Shown here in pieces: positions 35,995 through 44,501 of a stretch of DNA of 64,000 nucleotides. This stretch comes from an uncultured Burkholderiales bacterium (GTDB lineage Bacteria; Pseudomonadota; Gammaproteobacteria; Burkholderiales; SHXO01), in assembly GCA_964523885.1 (NCBI GenBank), contig CAZFYX010000038.1, positions 255 to 64,254 of the forward strand, written 5' to 3'. Numbering within the stretch: position 1 is the stretch's first letter; each line of letters starts with the position of its first letter. The position numbers and the translations under genes were made by a program. Under the pieces are notes generated by a model that saw only the letters and a program-made list of their open reading frames with translations, was not told the origin of the DNA and did no database searches.

Positions 35995-36465
35995 TCAGCG
36001 CGCGGTGCGCTGGATCTCGATCGCCTCGCGGGCGCGCCCGGAGAGGCGGCCGGCGAGGGACTTGGCGTTCCGGTGCATGGCGATGAGGTTGAGGAATTCG
36101 CGCATGGCCGCTTCGGCTTCCTCGCGATCCTTCACCAGACCCAGGTGCAGGCGGAACCCATGCACCTGGTCGCGCTGCTTCTGCGCCGCGGCGGTCAGGT
36201 CGTGGACGATGACCACCGGCTCCTTCGTGGCGAGCACGCGGTCCTGCGCGGCCATCGCCTGCGACTGCTCGACGCTCAGCAGGAACAGCGGGTCGCCGGC
36301 CTGCAGGGCGTTGAGCTCGCCCAGGTGGGCATGCAGCACTTCGCTGGGGAGCGGCCTGGTGCGGGTGTCGACGACGTAGATGCGCAGCCGCGGCTGGGCC
36401 TTCGCCGGGTCGGACCAGCTCTCATTCGCGGCAACGAGCGTGTCCCGAGCGGCGTTGTCGTTCAC
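35995..36465 (-). CDS. Soluble protein of unrecognised family (156 aa), paralogue of the C-terminal domain of 36715..37485
   Basis: GTG start with GGAG 6 nt upstream. Shared blocks: PRLRIYVVDT / PRFKIFVVDT, VHDL, HGFRLHLGL / HGFRIHLGL, EF...I..HR. Confidence 0.6.
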   Translation of the reverse strand: MNDNAARDTLVAANESWSDPAKAQPRLRIYVVDTRTRPLPSEVLHAHLGELNALQAGDPLFLLSVEQSQAMAAQDRVLATKEPVVIVHDLTAAAQKQRDQVHGFRLHLGLVKDREEAEAAMREFLNLIAMHRNAKSLAGRLSGRAREAIEIQRTAR

Positions 36466-36483
36466 CCGGGACTCCGCATGCGG

Positions 36484-36681
36484 TCAGGATGCAGCCACGT
36501 ACGGCTGCAGCAGGCCTTCGGCGGCCATGTCCTCCAGCCGGGCGACCAGCGGATACTCCTCGCGGCCGAGCACCTGGTAGAGGTCGCGCAGCCGGCGGAT
36601 GCGCCGATAAATCTCGAAGGCCGTATAGGCGACCACGAGGGCGCCGAACACCATCGTCAGGATATCAGCCGTACGATCCAT
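36484..36681 (-). CDS. Small single-pass membrane protein (65 aa)
   Basis: ATG with GGAGGA 8 nt upstream. N-terminal TM segment (ILTMVFGALVVAYTAF) followed by a basic helix (EIYRRIRRLRDLY). It is tightly packed between the two paralogous genes (33-nt and 18-nt gaps). Confidence 0.55.
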   Translation of the reverse strand: MDRTADILTMVFGALVVAYTAFEIYRRIRRLRDLYQVLGREEYPLVARLEDMAAEGLLQPYVAAS

Positions 36682-36714
36682 GCCATGTCCTCCGGGTCCG
36701 CGCGTCCTGCCGGC

Positions 36715-37485
36715 TCAAATCTTCGCCAACAGGGCGATTGTATCCCTTAATCCCGCGCGCCTCAGCCGCTTCTGGACGTCGCGCTCGAGGGTGTTGGAGT
36801 CGCGGTGCAGGGTGATGAAGCGGGTGAATTCCTGCAGCATGTCCAGGGCGTGGGCGGGCGTGTTGGCCAGGCCGAGGTGGATGCGGAACCCGTGGAACTG
36901 CGGCCTGCCGGGACGGCTCTTCACCGCGAGGTCGTGGACACAGATCAACGGGTCCTTGCCGATCAGGGTGCGGTCCAGCTGGATGAAGTCGATAGACTGC
37001 GCGGGGCTGAGCACGAAGATCTGGTCCTCCGGCGCCAGCTTGGCGATCAGGCCGAAGTTGTCGCGCACGACCTGGCTGGCGGGGGAATGCCAGCCGGTGT
37101 CGACCACGAAGATCTTGAAGCGTGGCCCGGTCCTTCTGGCGGCGGCAGGCGCAGCGGCCACTGCAGGCACCGATGCCGCGGGGACCTGGTGCAAGGGTGA
37201 CACGTTCCCGGTCTGGGTCATGGGATGCTCCGGCGATAGCTCATGCGCAGGCGCAGCGGGCTCGTGCCCGTCCTGCGCTGCGTGCCCGGCGACCGCGACG
37301 TCGGCGGACGTGCCCGCCAACACGTCGAATTCCGTTCCGGCGGGGTGCGACACCTCGACGACATACGCCTCGACGGCGTCGAGGTGCGGACCGTCGAATG
37401 CAATCACGCTCTTCTGCGGGCTCCGTCGCCGTCCGTTGGCCAATGGCGGCGCATCCCTGCGCTTGCCGCGGCGCTTCTCGCTCAT
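36715..37485 (-). CDS. Protein of unrecognised family (256 aa): disordered basic/Ala-Pro-rich N-terminus plus a C-terminal domain paralogous to 35995..36465
   Basis: ATG at 37483-37485 with GGAGGAG 8 nt upstream. The C-terminal ~135 aa align by eye to the 156-aa protein at roughly one third to 40 percent identity. Confidence 0.6.
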   Translation of the reverse strand: MSEKRRGKRRDAPPLANGRRRSPQKSVIAFDGPHLDAVEAYVVEVSHPAGTEFDVLAGTSADVAVAGHAAQDGHEPAAPAHELSPEHPMTQTGNVSPLHQVPAASVPAVAAAPAAARRTGPRFKIFVVDTGWHSPASQVVRDNFGLIAKLAPEDQIFVLSPAQSIDFIQLDRTLIGKDPLICVHDLAVKSRPGRPQFHGFRIHLGLANTPAHALDMLQEFTRFITLHRDSNTLERDVQKRLRRAGLRDTIALLAKI

Positions 37486-37545
37486 CACCACATCTCCTCC
37501 ACGCGCAGCGGCACGGGACGCAGTCTCGCTACCTGCCGACCGCGA

Positions 37546-40188
37546 TCACGCCGCGGCTGCCACATCCGCCGTCCCGAAGCCAGCCGGATCGGCCTTGCGC
37601 TCCGCCCTCGCCGGGGCGGGCAGGGCCGGCGTCACCTGCGGTCGGCCCGGCACGAGCTCGTTGACCTGCGCGTTCAGGCCCGCGCTGCGCAGCTCCAGCT
37701 CCAGCCGGTGACGGCGCGCCGCCTCGTGCTGCGCGACCTTGCGCATCGGCCACACGCCGTTGGCGAGCGCCGCCAGGGCGGCGACATTGTTGGCGAGCAC
37801 CGAGGCGCCCACGCCGAAGCCCAGGGTGAACACGCCGGCCATGCACAGGGCGTTGGGCAGGATGATCATTCCCCAGCTGCGACGGATGTTGTGCTCGAGC
37901 GCCGTGGCGATGTCGCGCAGCTCGCACAGCTTGCCCAGGCCCTGCTCCATGAACACGATGTGCGCGGTGTCGGTGGCAATCGAGGTCGCGCCGCGCAGCG
38001 AGATCGCCACGTTGGCTTTCTTCAGCGCGATCGAGTCGTTGATGCCGTCGCCGACGAAGCAGACCTTGCGGCCTTCGGCCTGCAGCCTGGCGACGTATTC
38101 CGCCTTGTCCGCCGGCAGCACCTGAGCGAAGTAGCGGTCCATGCCGAGCTGCTCGGCGAGCTTGCGGGTGGGCGCCTCGTGGTCGCCGGAGATAATGGCG
38201 ATGTGCTTGATGCCGCGCTTGCGCAGACCGGCGATGATCTCGACCACCTCCGGGCGCACCGAGGCGCGCAGCTCCAGCGCGCCGCCGAGTGCACCGTCGA
38301 CCGCGACCATGACCATGGTGTGGCCCTCGCGGTGCGCCTCGTCCAGCGCGGCGGCGACGTCCGGCGGAACCGCGATGCCTTCCATGTCCATGAAGCGCGG
38401 GCTGCCCACCTTGATCGTGTGGCCGCCCACCCCCACGGTGATGCCGTACCCGACGCTGTACTGCGTCTCGTCGGTCGCCTGCAGCCTGAGGCCGGCTTCC
38501 TCGGCCTTGTGCAGGATCGCGAGCGCGATGGGATGGTGGAACTTGGCCTCGGCGGCGGCGGCGAAGCCCAGGATCTGCATGCCGTCGAAACCGTTGCAGG
38601 CGACGATGCGACCTACCTCGGGGCGCTCGCGGGTGAGGGTGCCGGTCTTGTCGAACAGGATCGTGTCCACGCTGTGCATGAGCTCCAGCGCGCGGCCGTC
38701 CTTCACCAGGATGCCGCGCTGCGCGCACAGGGCCAGCGAGGACAGCATCGCCAGCGGCGCGGCCATGCGGATGCCGGTGCCCAGGTCGCAGTTGAGGATG
38801 GCGACCGCACCGTTGGGGCCCATGGTGCCCATCGCCAGCGCACCGATCGCCAGGGTGGGGATGACCGCCTTGTCGGCCAGCTGCTCGCCCTTCTGCTGGG
38901 TGGCCATCTTGTAGCCGGCGGTGTCGTTCAGGATCTGCGCGATGCGCGCCGAGGCGGTGTCGCTGCCGGCCTTCTCGACCGACACGTAGACCTTGCCGGC
39001 GACCAGGATGGTGGAGGCGAAGACACGCTCGCCCACGCCCTTCTCCGCCGGCGTGGATTCGCCCGTGAGCGCGTGCTGGTCGACCATGGCCATGCCTTCG
39101 ACCACCACGCCGTCCACCGGCACCATGTCGCCGGTGTGTACCGCCACCACGTCGCCGGCATTGAGCTTGTCCAGGCTGACCTGGGTCTCCACGCCGTCGC
39201 GCACCAGCCACACGAAGCGCGGCTGCTTGCCGAATGCGCCGAGCAGCATGCGCTTGGAGTTGTCCTCGGTGCGCTTGACCAGCATGCGCCCGAACGACAG
39301 GCACCAGGCCAGCACCGCACCGGGGAAAATCTGCAGGGTGGACAGGCATCCGATCACCACGATCGAATCGAGCACGTCCACGCCGAGCCGACGCTCCTTG
39401 AACAACACGTCGTACGCGTTGCGGAAGCTGGGGATTGCGGTGTAGGCGAACAGTGCGGCCGACACCGGCAGCAGCGGTGGCGCTGCGAACTGCGCGAACG
39501 CGGCGAGCGGCAGCGAGCCGGTGCAGATCGCGAGGTGCAGGTCGAGCTTGTCGAGCTGGGTCGGATGCTCCGCGCTGGCCAGCGCGGCGTCGAGCACCTC
39601 CATGAGCTGCGCGACGTCGAGGATGCGCGGATCGTAGTCGATCTGCACCGCGCAGCTGATCGAGCTGCTCTTGAAGCGGTCCACGCCGTGCAGGGCCATC
39701 AGCTCGCGGTCGATGGCGTCGCACAGCGCCTGCTTGCGGTAGAGGACCGGATTCTTCAGGTGGACCGTGCCCAGCCGCCGGCGGGTGATCTGCCAGCCGG
39801 TCACCACGTGCCCGTAGCGGTGATAGTGCGCCACGCCGTGACGGTCGCGCACGCTGGACACCGGGGCGATCTGCGGCGGGCGCAACTCGACGGGCTGCCC
39901 CTCGCGAGTCCCGGCTTCGGCCGGCAGCAGCGGATCGGCATGCGTCATGACCGCGGCCAGGCGACCGAGCACATCGGCCAGCAGGCTGCGGGAGGGGTCG
40001 AAGCGCAACTGCGCCGCGGGGCGCCTGCCCTGGCCGATGGTTGCGCCCGACAAGTCGGTGGCGTGGAACGCGCGCTCCAGGAATCGCCGGCACAGGTCGC
40101 CCGCCGGGTCGGAGAACAGCGTCGCGCTGTGGATGTCGATGACGCCGGCGCGTGGGAAGGACAGCGCGACGTCGATGGTCGGTTCCAT
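37546..40188 (-). CDS. P-type ATPase, P1B-like architecture but lacking a CPx-type transmembrane motif and CxxC metal-binding domains
   Basis: TGES (39055-39066), DKTGT (38638-38652, verified codon by codon), FHHPIA, SGD and GDGINDS are all present. The membrane helix before the P-domain reads ILNCDLGTGIRMAAP (NCD at 38785-38793). The ATG at 40188 is preferred; the TTG at 40212 is an alternative. Confidence 0.8.
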   Translation of the reverse strand: MEPTIDVALSFPRAGVIDIHSATLFSDPAGDLCRRFLERAFHATDLSGATIGQGRRPAAQLRFDPSRSLLADVLGRLAAVMTHADPLLPAEAGTREGQPVELRPPQIAPVSSVRDRHGVAHYHRYGHVVTGWQITRRRLGTVHLKNPVLYRKQALCDAIDRELMALHGVDRFKSSSISCAVQIDYDPRILDVAQLMEVLDAALASAEHPTQLDKLDLHLAICTGSLPLAAFAQFAAPPLLPVSAALFAYTAIPSFRNAYDVLFKERRLGVDVLDSIVVIGCLSTLQIFPGAVLAWCLSFGRMLVKRTEDNSKRMLLGAFGKQPRFVWLVRDGVETQVSLDKLNAGDVVAVHTGDMVPVDGVVVEGMAMVDQHALTGESTPAEKGVGERVFASTILVAGKVYVSVEKAGSDTASARIAQILNDTAGYKMATQQKGEQLADKAVIPTLAIGALAMGTMGPNGAVAILNCDLGTGIRMAAPLAMLSSLALCAQRGILVKDGRALELMHSVDTILFDKTGTLTRERPEVGRIVACNGFDGMQILGFAAAAEAKFHHPIALAILHKAEEAGLRLQATDETQYSVGYGITVGVGGHTIKVGSPRFMDMEGIAVPPDVAAALDEAHREGHTMVMVAVDGALGGALELRASVRPEVVEIIAGLRKRGIKHIAIISGDHEAPTRKLAEQLGMDRYFAQVLPADKAEYVARLQAEGRKVCFVGDGINDSIALKKANVAISLRGATSIATDTAHIVFMEQGLGKLCELRDIATALEHNIRRSWGMIILPNALCMAGVFTLGFGVGASVLANNVAALAALANGVWPMRKVAQHEAARRHRLELELRSAGLNAQVNELVPGRPQVTPALPAPARAERKADPAGFGTADVAAAA

Positions 40189-40285
40189 GGGACTCAAGTC
40201 GTACCTCGGCAAGCGTTCTCGTCACGCACCGGCGGTGCGTTGCCCGGCCCGCGGACGCTCGCCCGCGGGCTGGCGCACTGCAGGG

Positions 40286-40645
40286 TCAGTGGCCGGACGC
40301 GTCCTCGACCGGCGCCGCGTACTCGCCGATGCCCTTGGCCTCGTTCACCGCGTCGATTGCCGCGCTCGCACCGTCCTTCAGGCCGCGCACGAAGGGGTTC
40401 TCCTGCGGGACGGACTTGGCGATGAAGACCGCGGCATAGACCAGTCCGTAGGAGATCATGTAGGAGCCGGTGTAGGCGGCCCGCGAAGCGGCGTTGGCGA
40501 TCTCGGGCCCGGCGTTGCCGAGCTTGGCGCGCAGGCTGGCTGCGTCGTTGGTGGCCGCACTGGCCGCCTTGCGCATGGCGTCGGCCACGGCGGACAGGGG
40601 ATCGGACCCGGCGGCTTCGGGGGCGGCGGCTTCGGCGCTCGACAT
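40286..40645 (-). CDS. Small Ala-rich membrane-anchored protein (119 aa), first gene of the ATPase operon
   Basis: ATG at 40643-40645 with a strong AAGGAGAAA SD. One hydrophobic segment (YMISYGLVYAAVFIA) is flanked by Ala-rich helices. Confidence 0.6.
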   Translation of the reverse strand: MSSAEAAAPEAAGSDPLSAVADAMRKAASAATNDAASLRAKLGNAGPEIANAASRAAYTGSYMISYGLVYAAVFIAKSVPQENPFVRGLKDGASAAIDAVNEAKGIGEYAAPVEDASGH

Positions 40646-40896
40646 GATGCTTTCTCCTTGATTCGTTGGGCTGACCCCATGCGGCCCGGGTGCCGGGCTC
40701 GCGTGGCGCATGGTAAGCATTACCTGATCGCCTACCCTACACCCCCAATACGGCTCAGGTCATGGGCAAATCTCGACAGGTTGGTGCATGCCACCGTCCA
40801 AGGCCGGGATTCGATCCGCTGCCATGACATTAGGCTGAGTGCCGCGGACGCATTTGATCCAGCGCAGATGTTCATGCCGGAGCCTGCGCGTGCACG

Positions 40897-41592
40897 TCAG
40901 ACCAGGTTCGACAGGGCATTGACCACCAGGCCCAGGATCAGGACCACGAAGAAGAACGACAGGACGGCGTGGACCAGGGTCAGCCGCCGCATGGTCCAGC
41001 CGGTGACGGACACGTCCGAGGTCTGGTAGCACATGGCGATGGTGAACGAGTAGTACATGAAATCCCAGTAGTCCGGGGTGTCCCGCTCCGGGAAGTCGAG
41101 TCCGCGGCGGTATTCCCGCTTGCCCGCCAGGACATGGTCGTCGTAGTACAGCCGCATGTAGTACAGCCCGACGAACAGGTTGAACAGCACCCAGGACAGC
41201 GCCACCGCCAGCATCGACATCACCTGGTGCAGGTTGCTCACCCACGCGGGCCAGCCCTTTACCGGCTCGAGCATGAAGATGACGCCGACGATGCTGGTGG
41301 CCACGACCACCGACGCCGTGATGACCGCGCGCAGCCCGCTCGGCTCCCCCTCGCTGGCCATGACCGCGCATTCCTCGGGCTCCACGGTGGTGAAGCGGAA
41401 GGCGCTCAGCGCGAGGTAGGCCAGGGTTCCGAGGTTGAAGGCCAGCACCAGGCGGGTGCTGACGGGGAGGGCTGCCGCGGCGAAGTACGCGACGACCGTC
41501 AGCACCAGCGCAAGGGCCAGGCTCGCAAGCGGGGATGCGAAGGCGGCACCCGGCGCGGGGTGCGACATCTTGTCGCGGTCAGCCTTGTTCAT
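40897..41592 (-). CDS. DUF1345-like integral membrane protein
   Basis: Multi-pass hydrophobic profile with the characteristic DYWDFMYYSFTIAMCYQTSDV block. ATG at 41590-41592. Confidence 0.6.
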   Translation of the reverse strand: MNKADRDKMSHPAPGAAFASPLASLALALVLTVVAYFAAAALPVSTRLVLAFNLGTLAYLALSAFRFTTVEPEECAVMASEGEPSGLRAVITASVVVATSIVGVIFMLEPVKGWPAWVSNLHQVMSMLAVALSWVLFNLFVGLYYMRLYYDDHVLAGKREYRRGLDFPERDTPDYWDFMYYSFTIAMCYQTSDVSVTGWTMRRLTLVHAVLSFFFVVLILGLVVNALSNLV

Positions 41593-41794
41593 CGTGTCCT
41601 TGTCCCGGCCGTCGGTGCCGACGCCGGGTCTGCGCAACCGTTGCGTGCCCTGCCTGGAAAACCGCACCGCACACTATGCCGTCGTGCTGCGGAGGAGTCA
41701 TTGGCACTTCTTGACAGCTCGCGCACCGCGCGGTGCAGTGCGGGAACGAGAACCAGAGCCAACCGGGCGCCGCCATGCCACAATCCCGCCCCGC

Positions 41795-44464
41795 ATGGAT
41801 ACCCGACCCTCAGGCAGGACCCACGACACCGCGGAGCATGCGCGCGTAGCGCTCGCGCCCCCCGGCCGCCCCGGCGACTGGAAGCTGCTCGGCCCCTATG
41901 TGAGCGAGCGCGCCTGGGGCACGGTGCGCGAGGATTACAGCGCGGACGGCAAGGCCTGGGAATACTTCCCGTACGAGCACGGGCGCTCGCGCGCGTATCG
42001 CTGGAACGAGGACGGACTGGCCGGCATCTGCGACATCGGGCAGCGCATGTGCTTCGCGCTCTCGTTCTGGAACGGGCGCGATCCGTTCCTCAAGGAGCGC
42101 ATCTTCGGCCTGGCCGGTCCGGAGGGTAACCATGGCGAGGACGCCAAGGAGTACTGGTGGTACGTGGACGCCACGCCGACCTCGTCGTGGCTGCGCTGGC
42201 GCTATCACTACCCGCAGGCGGAGTTCCCCTACGCGCAACTGCGCGAGGAGGCGAAGCGGCGGGGCAAGGCGGACCGCGAGTTCGAGCTCGCGGACACTGG
42301 CGTGTTCGACGGCGGGCGCTACTGGGAGATCAGCGCCGATTACGCCAAGGCCACGCCGACCGACCTGTGCCTGCGCCTGACCGTCCGCAATGCCGGCCCC
42401 GAGCAGGCCAGGCTGCACGTCCTGCCCACTCTGTGGTTCCGCAACCGGTGGTCCTGGATCGAGGATGGGCGCCGTCCGCAGGTACGGGCGGTGGAAGGTG
42501 CAGCCGATGTGGCCTGCGCCGTGGCCGAGGAGCCGCTGCTCGGTAGCTGGCAGCTGGCGGCCGGCCCGGGCCCGGACGGCAAGGCGCCGCAACTGCTGTT
42601 CTGCGAGAACGAGACCAACACGGCGCGGCTGTTCGGCGCCGGGGCCGGCGGTCCCGCTTACCCGAAGGACGGAGTCAACGACCACGTCGTATCAGGCGCC
42701 GCCTCGGTGAACCCGGCGCAGTCCGGGACGAAGATGGCGTGCTGGTACGTGCTCGACGTGCCGGCCGGCGCGTCGGTGGAAGTGCGGCTGCGCCTGGTGC
42801 GTGCCCCCCAGGCTGCACCGCCCGACCTCGCGGCCGGTTTCCAGCAGGTCATGCAGCAGCGCGCGCGCGAGGCGGACGAGTACTATGGCGCACTGCTGCC
42901 GGACGGCACGGGCGAGGACGAGGCGCGGGTCATGCGCCAGGCCTTCGCCGGCATGGTGTGGAGCCAGCAGTTCTATCACTACGATCTGGAACGCTGGCTG
43001 GCCGGGGATCCGACCCAGCCCAAGCCGCCGCAGCAGCGCGGTGCTGGCCGCAACGCGAACTGGCGTCACCTGGACAACCACGATGTCATCGCGATGCCGG
43101 ACAAGTGGGAGTACCCGTGGTATGCCGCCTGGGATCTCGCCTTCCACAGCGTGGTGCTGGCACACATCGACCCCGCCGCCGCGAAGCACCAGCTGCTGCT
43201 GCTGTTGCGCGAGTGGTACATGCATCCCAACGGCCAGCTGCCAGCCTACGAGTGGAACTTCAGCGACGTGAACCCGCCGGTGCAGGCGTGGGCCGCGCTG
43301 GCGGTGTTCCGCATCGACGGCGGCGAGGATTTCGACTTTCTCGCCCGCGCCTTCCACAAGCTGCTGCTCAATTTCACCTGGTGGGTCAATCGCAAGGACG
43401 CGCGCGGCGACAACGTGTTCCAGGGTGGCTTCCTGGGGCTGGACAACATCGGCCCGTTCGACCGCTCTGCCATGCTGCCCGACGGCGAGGTGCTGGAGCA
43501 GTCCGACGGCACGGCCTGGATGGCGAAGTTCTGCCTGAACATGCTGGAGATGGCGCTGCGCCTGGCCAACCGCGACCGCAGCTACGAGGACCTAACGCTG
43601 AAGTTCTTCGAGCACTTCGCCTACATCGCCGCGGCGATGGACGAGCTGTGGGACGAGGAGGACGGCTTCTTCTACGACCGCCTGCGCCGGTCGGACGGCA
43701 GCACGATCGCAGTGCGCGCGCGGTCGATGGTCGGGCTGCTGCCGGTGTTCGCAGGCGTGAGGCTGGATGCTGCGCTGTGGGAGAAGCTGCACGACTTCCG
43801 CGCCCGCGCGCGCTGGTTCATCGACAACAAGCCTCACCTGGCGGGGTTCCTGGGCTACTTCCCGCACGACGGCCGGCCCGAGCTGATATCGGTCTGCAGC
43901 GAGGCGCGCCTGCGACGGGTGCTCGCGCGCATGCTGGACGAGTCGGAGTTCCTGTCGCCGTTCGGCCTGCGCTCGCTCTCCCGCTACCACCGCGAGCATC
44001 CGCTGGTGATCCAGATCGACGGCGGCACGGCGAAGCTGGACTACGAGCCGGCCGAGTCCGCCACCGGGCTGTTCGGCGGCAACTCCAACTGGCGCGGGCC
44101 GATCTGGTTCCCGCTCAACTTCGTGGCGCTCGAGTCGCTGCGCCACCTGCACGAGTGCCTGGGCGACGCGTTCACGGTCGAGTTGCCGACAGGGTCGGGC
44201 AGGCAGGCGCACCTCGGGCAGGTGGCGGACGAGTTGGAGCGCCGCCTGCTCGCGCTGTTCCTGCTCGACGGTCGGCAGCGTCGTCCGGCGCATGGCGAGA
44301 CGCAGCTGTTCCAGGCCGATCCGGCCTGGCGCGATCACATCCTGTTCTACGAGTACTTCCACGGCGACACCGGCGAAGGCCTGGGCGCCTCGCACCAGAC
44401 CGGCTGGACCGCGCTGGCCGCAGCAATGATTGCCAACCGGACGATGCGCAAGCGCGGCACATGA
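41795..44464 (+). CDS. GH63-like / MGH1-like six-hairpin glycoside hydrolase, paralogue 2
   Basis: It carries the same conserved blocks as 16647..19391 ([89 protein letters not shown]). Confidence 0.7.
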   Translation: MDTRPSGRTHDTAEHARVALAPPGRPGDWKLLGPYVSERAWGTVREDYSADGKAWEYFPYEHGRSRAYRWNEDGLAGICDIGQRMCFALSFWNGRDPFLKERIFGLAGPEGNHGEDAKEYWWYVDATPTSSWLRWRYHYPQAEFPYAQLREEAKRRGKADREFELADTGVFDGGRYWEISADYAKATPTDLCLRLTVRNAGPEQARLHVLPTLWFRNRWSWIEDGRRPQVRAVEGAADVACAVAEEPLLGSWQLAAGPGPDGKAPQLLFCENETNTARLFGAGAGGPAYPKDGVNDHVVSGAASVNPAQSGTKMACWYVLDVPAGASVEVRLRLVRAPQAAPPDLAAGFQQVMQQRAREADEYYGALLPDGTGEDEARVMRQAFAGMVWSQQFYHYDLERWLAGDPTQPKPPQQRGAGRNANWRHLDNHDVIAMPDKWEYPWYAAWDLAFHSVVLAHIDPAAAKHQLLLLLREWYMHPNGQLPAYEWNFSDVNPPVQAWAALAVFRIDGGEDFDFLARAFHKLLLNFTWWVNRKDARGDNVFQGGFLGLDNIGPFDRSAMLPDGEVLEQSDGTAWMAKFCLNMLEMALRLANRDRSYEDLTLKFFEHFAYIAAAMDELWDEEDGFFYDRLRRSDGSTIAVRARSMVGLLPVFAGVRLDAALWEKLHDFRARARWFIDNKPHLAGFLGYFPHDGRPELISVCSEARLRRVLARMLDESEFLSPFGLRSLSRYHREHPLVIQIDGGTAKLDYEPAESATGLFGGNSNWRGPIWFPLNFVALESLRHLHECLGDAFTVELPTGSGRQAHLGQVADELERRLLALFLLDGRQRRPAHGETQLFQADPAWRDHILFYEYFHGDTGEGLGASHQTGWTALAAAMIANRTMRKRGT

Positions 44465-44501
44465 CCGGCGCTGCCCGCATCCCCCGAACCAGGAGTGGCT
44501 C

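Noticed and set aside
40854-40867. TTGATccagCGCAG considered as a fourth FNR-type box upstream of the ATPase operon.
   Set aside because: Only one half-site matches, it lies about 210 nt from the start codon, and no suitably spaced -10 was seen.
41702-41716. TGGCACttcttGACA considered as a sigma-54 promoter upstream of GH63-like paralogue 2.
   Set aside because: The -24 element matches, but the -12 element TTGC is missing at the required 5-nt spacing.
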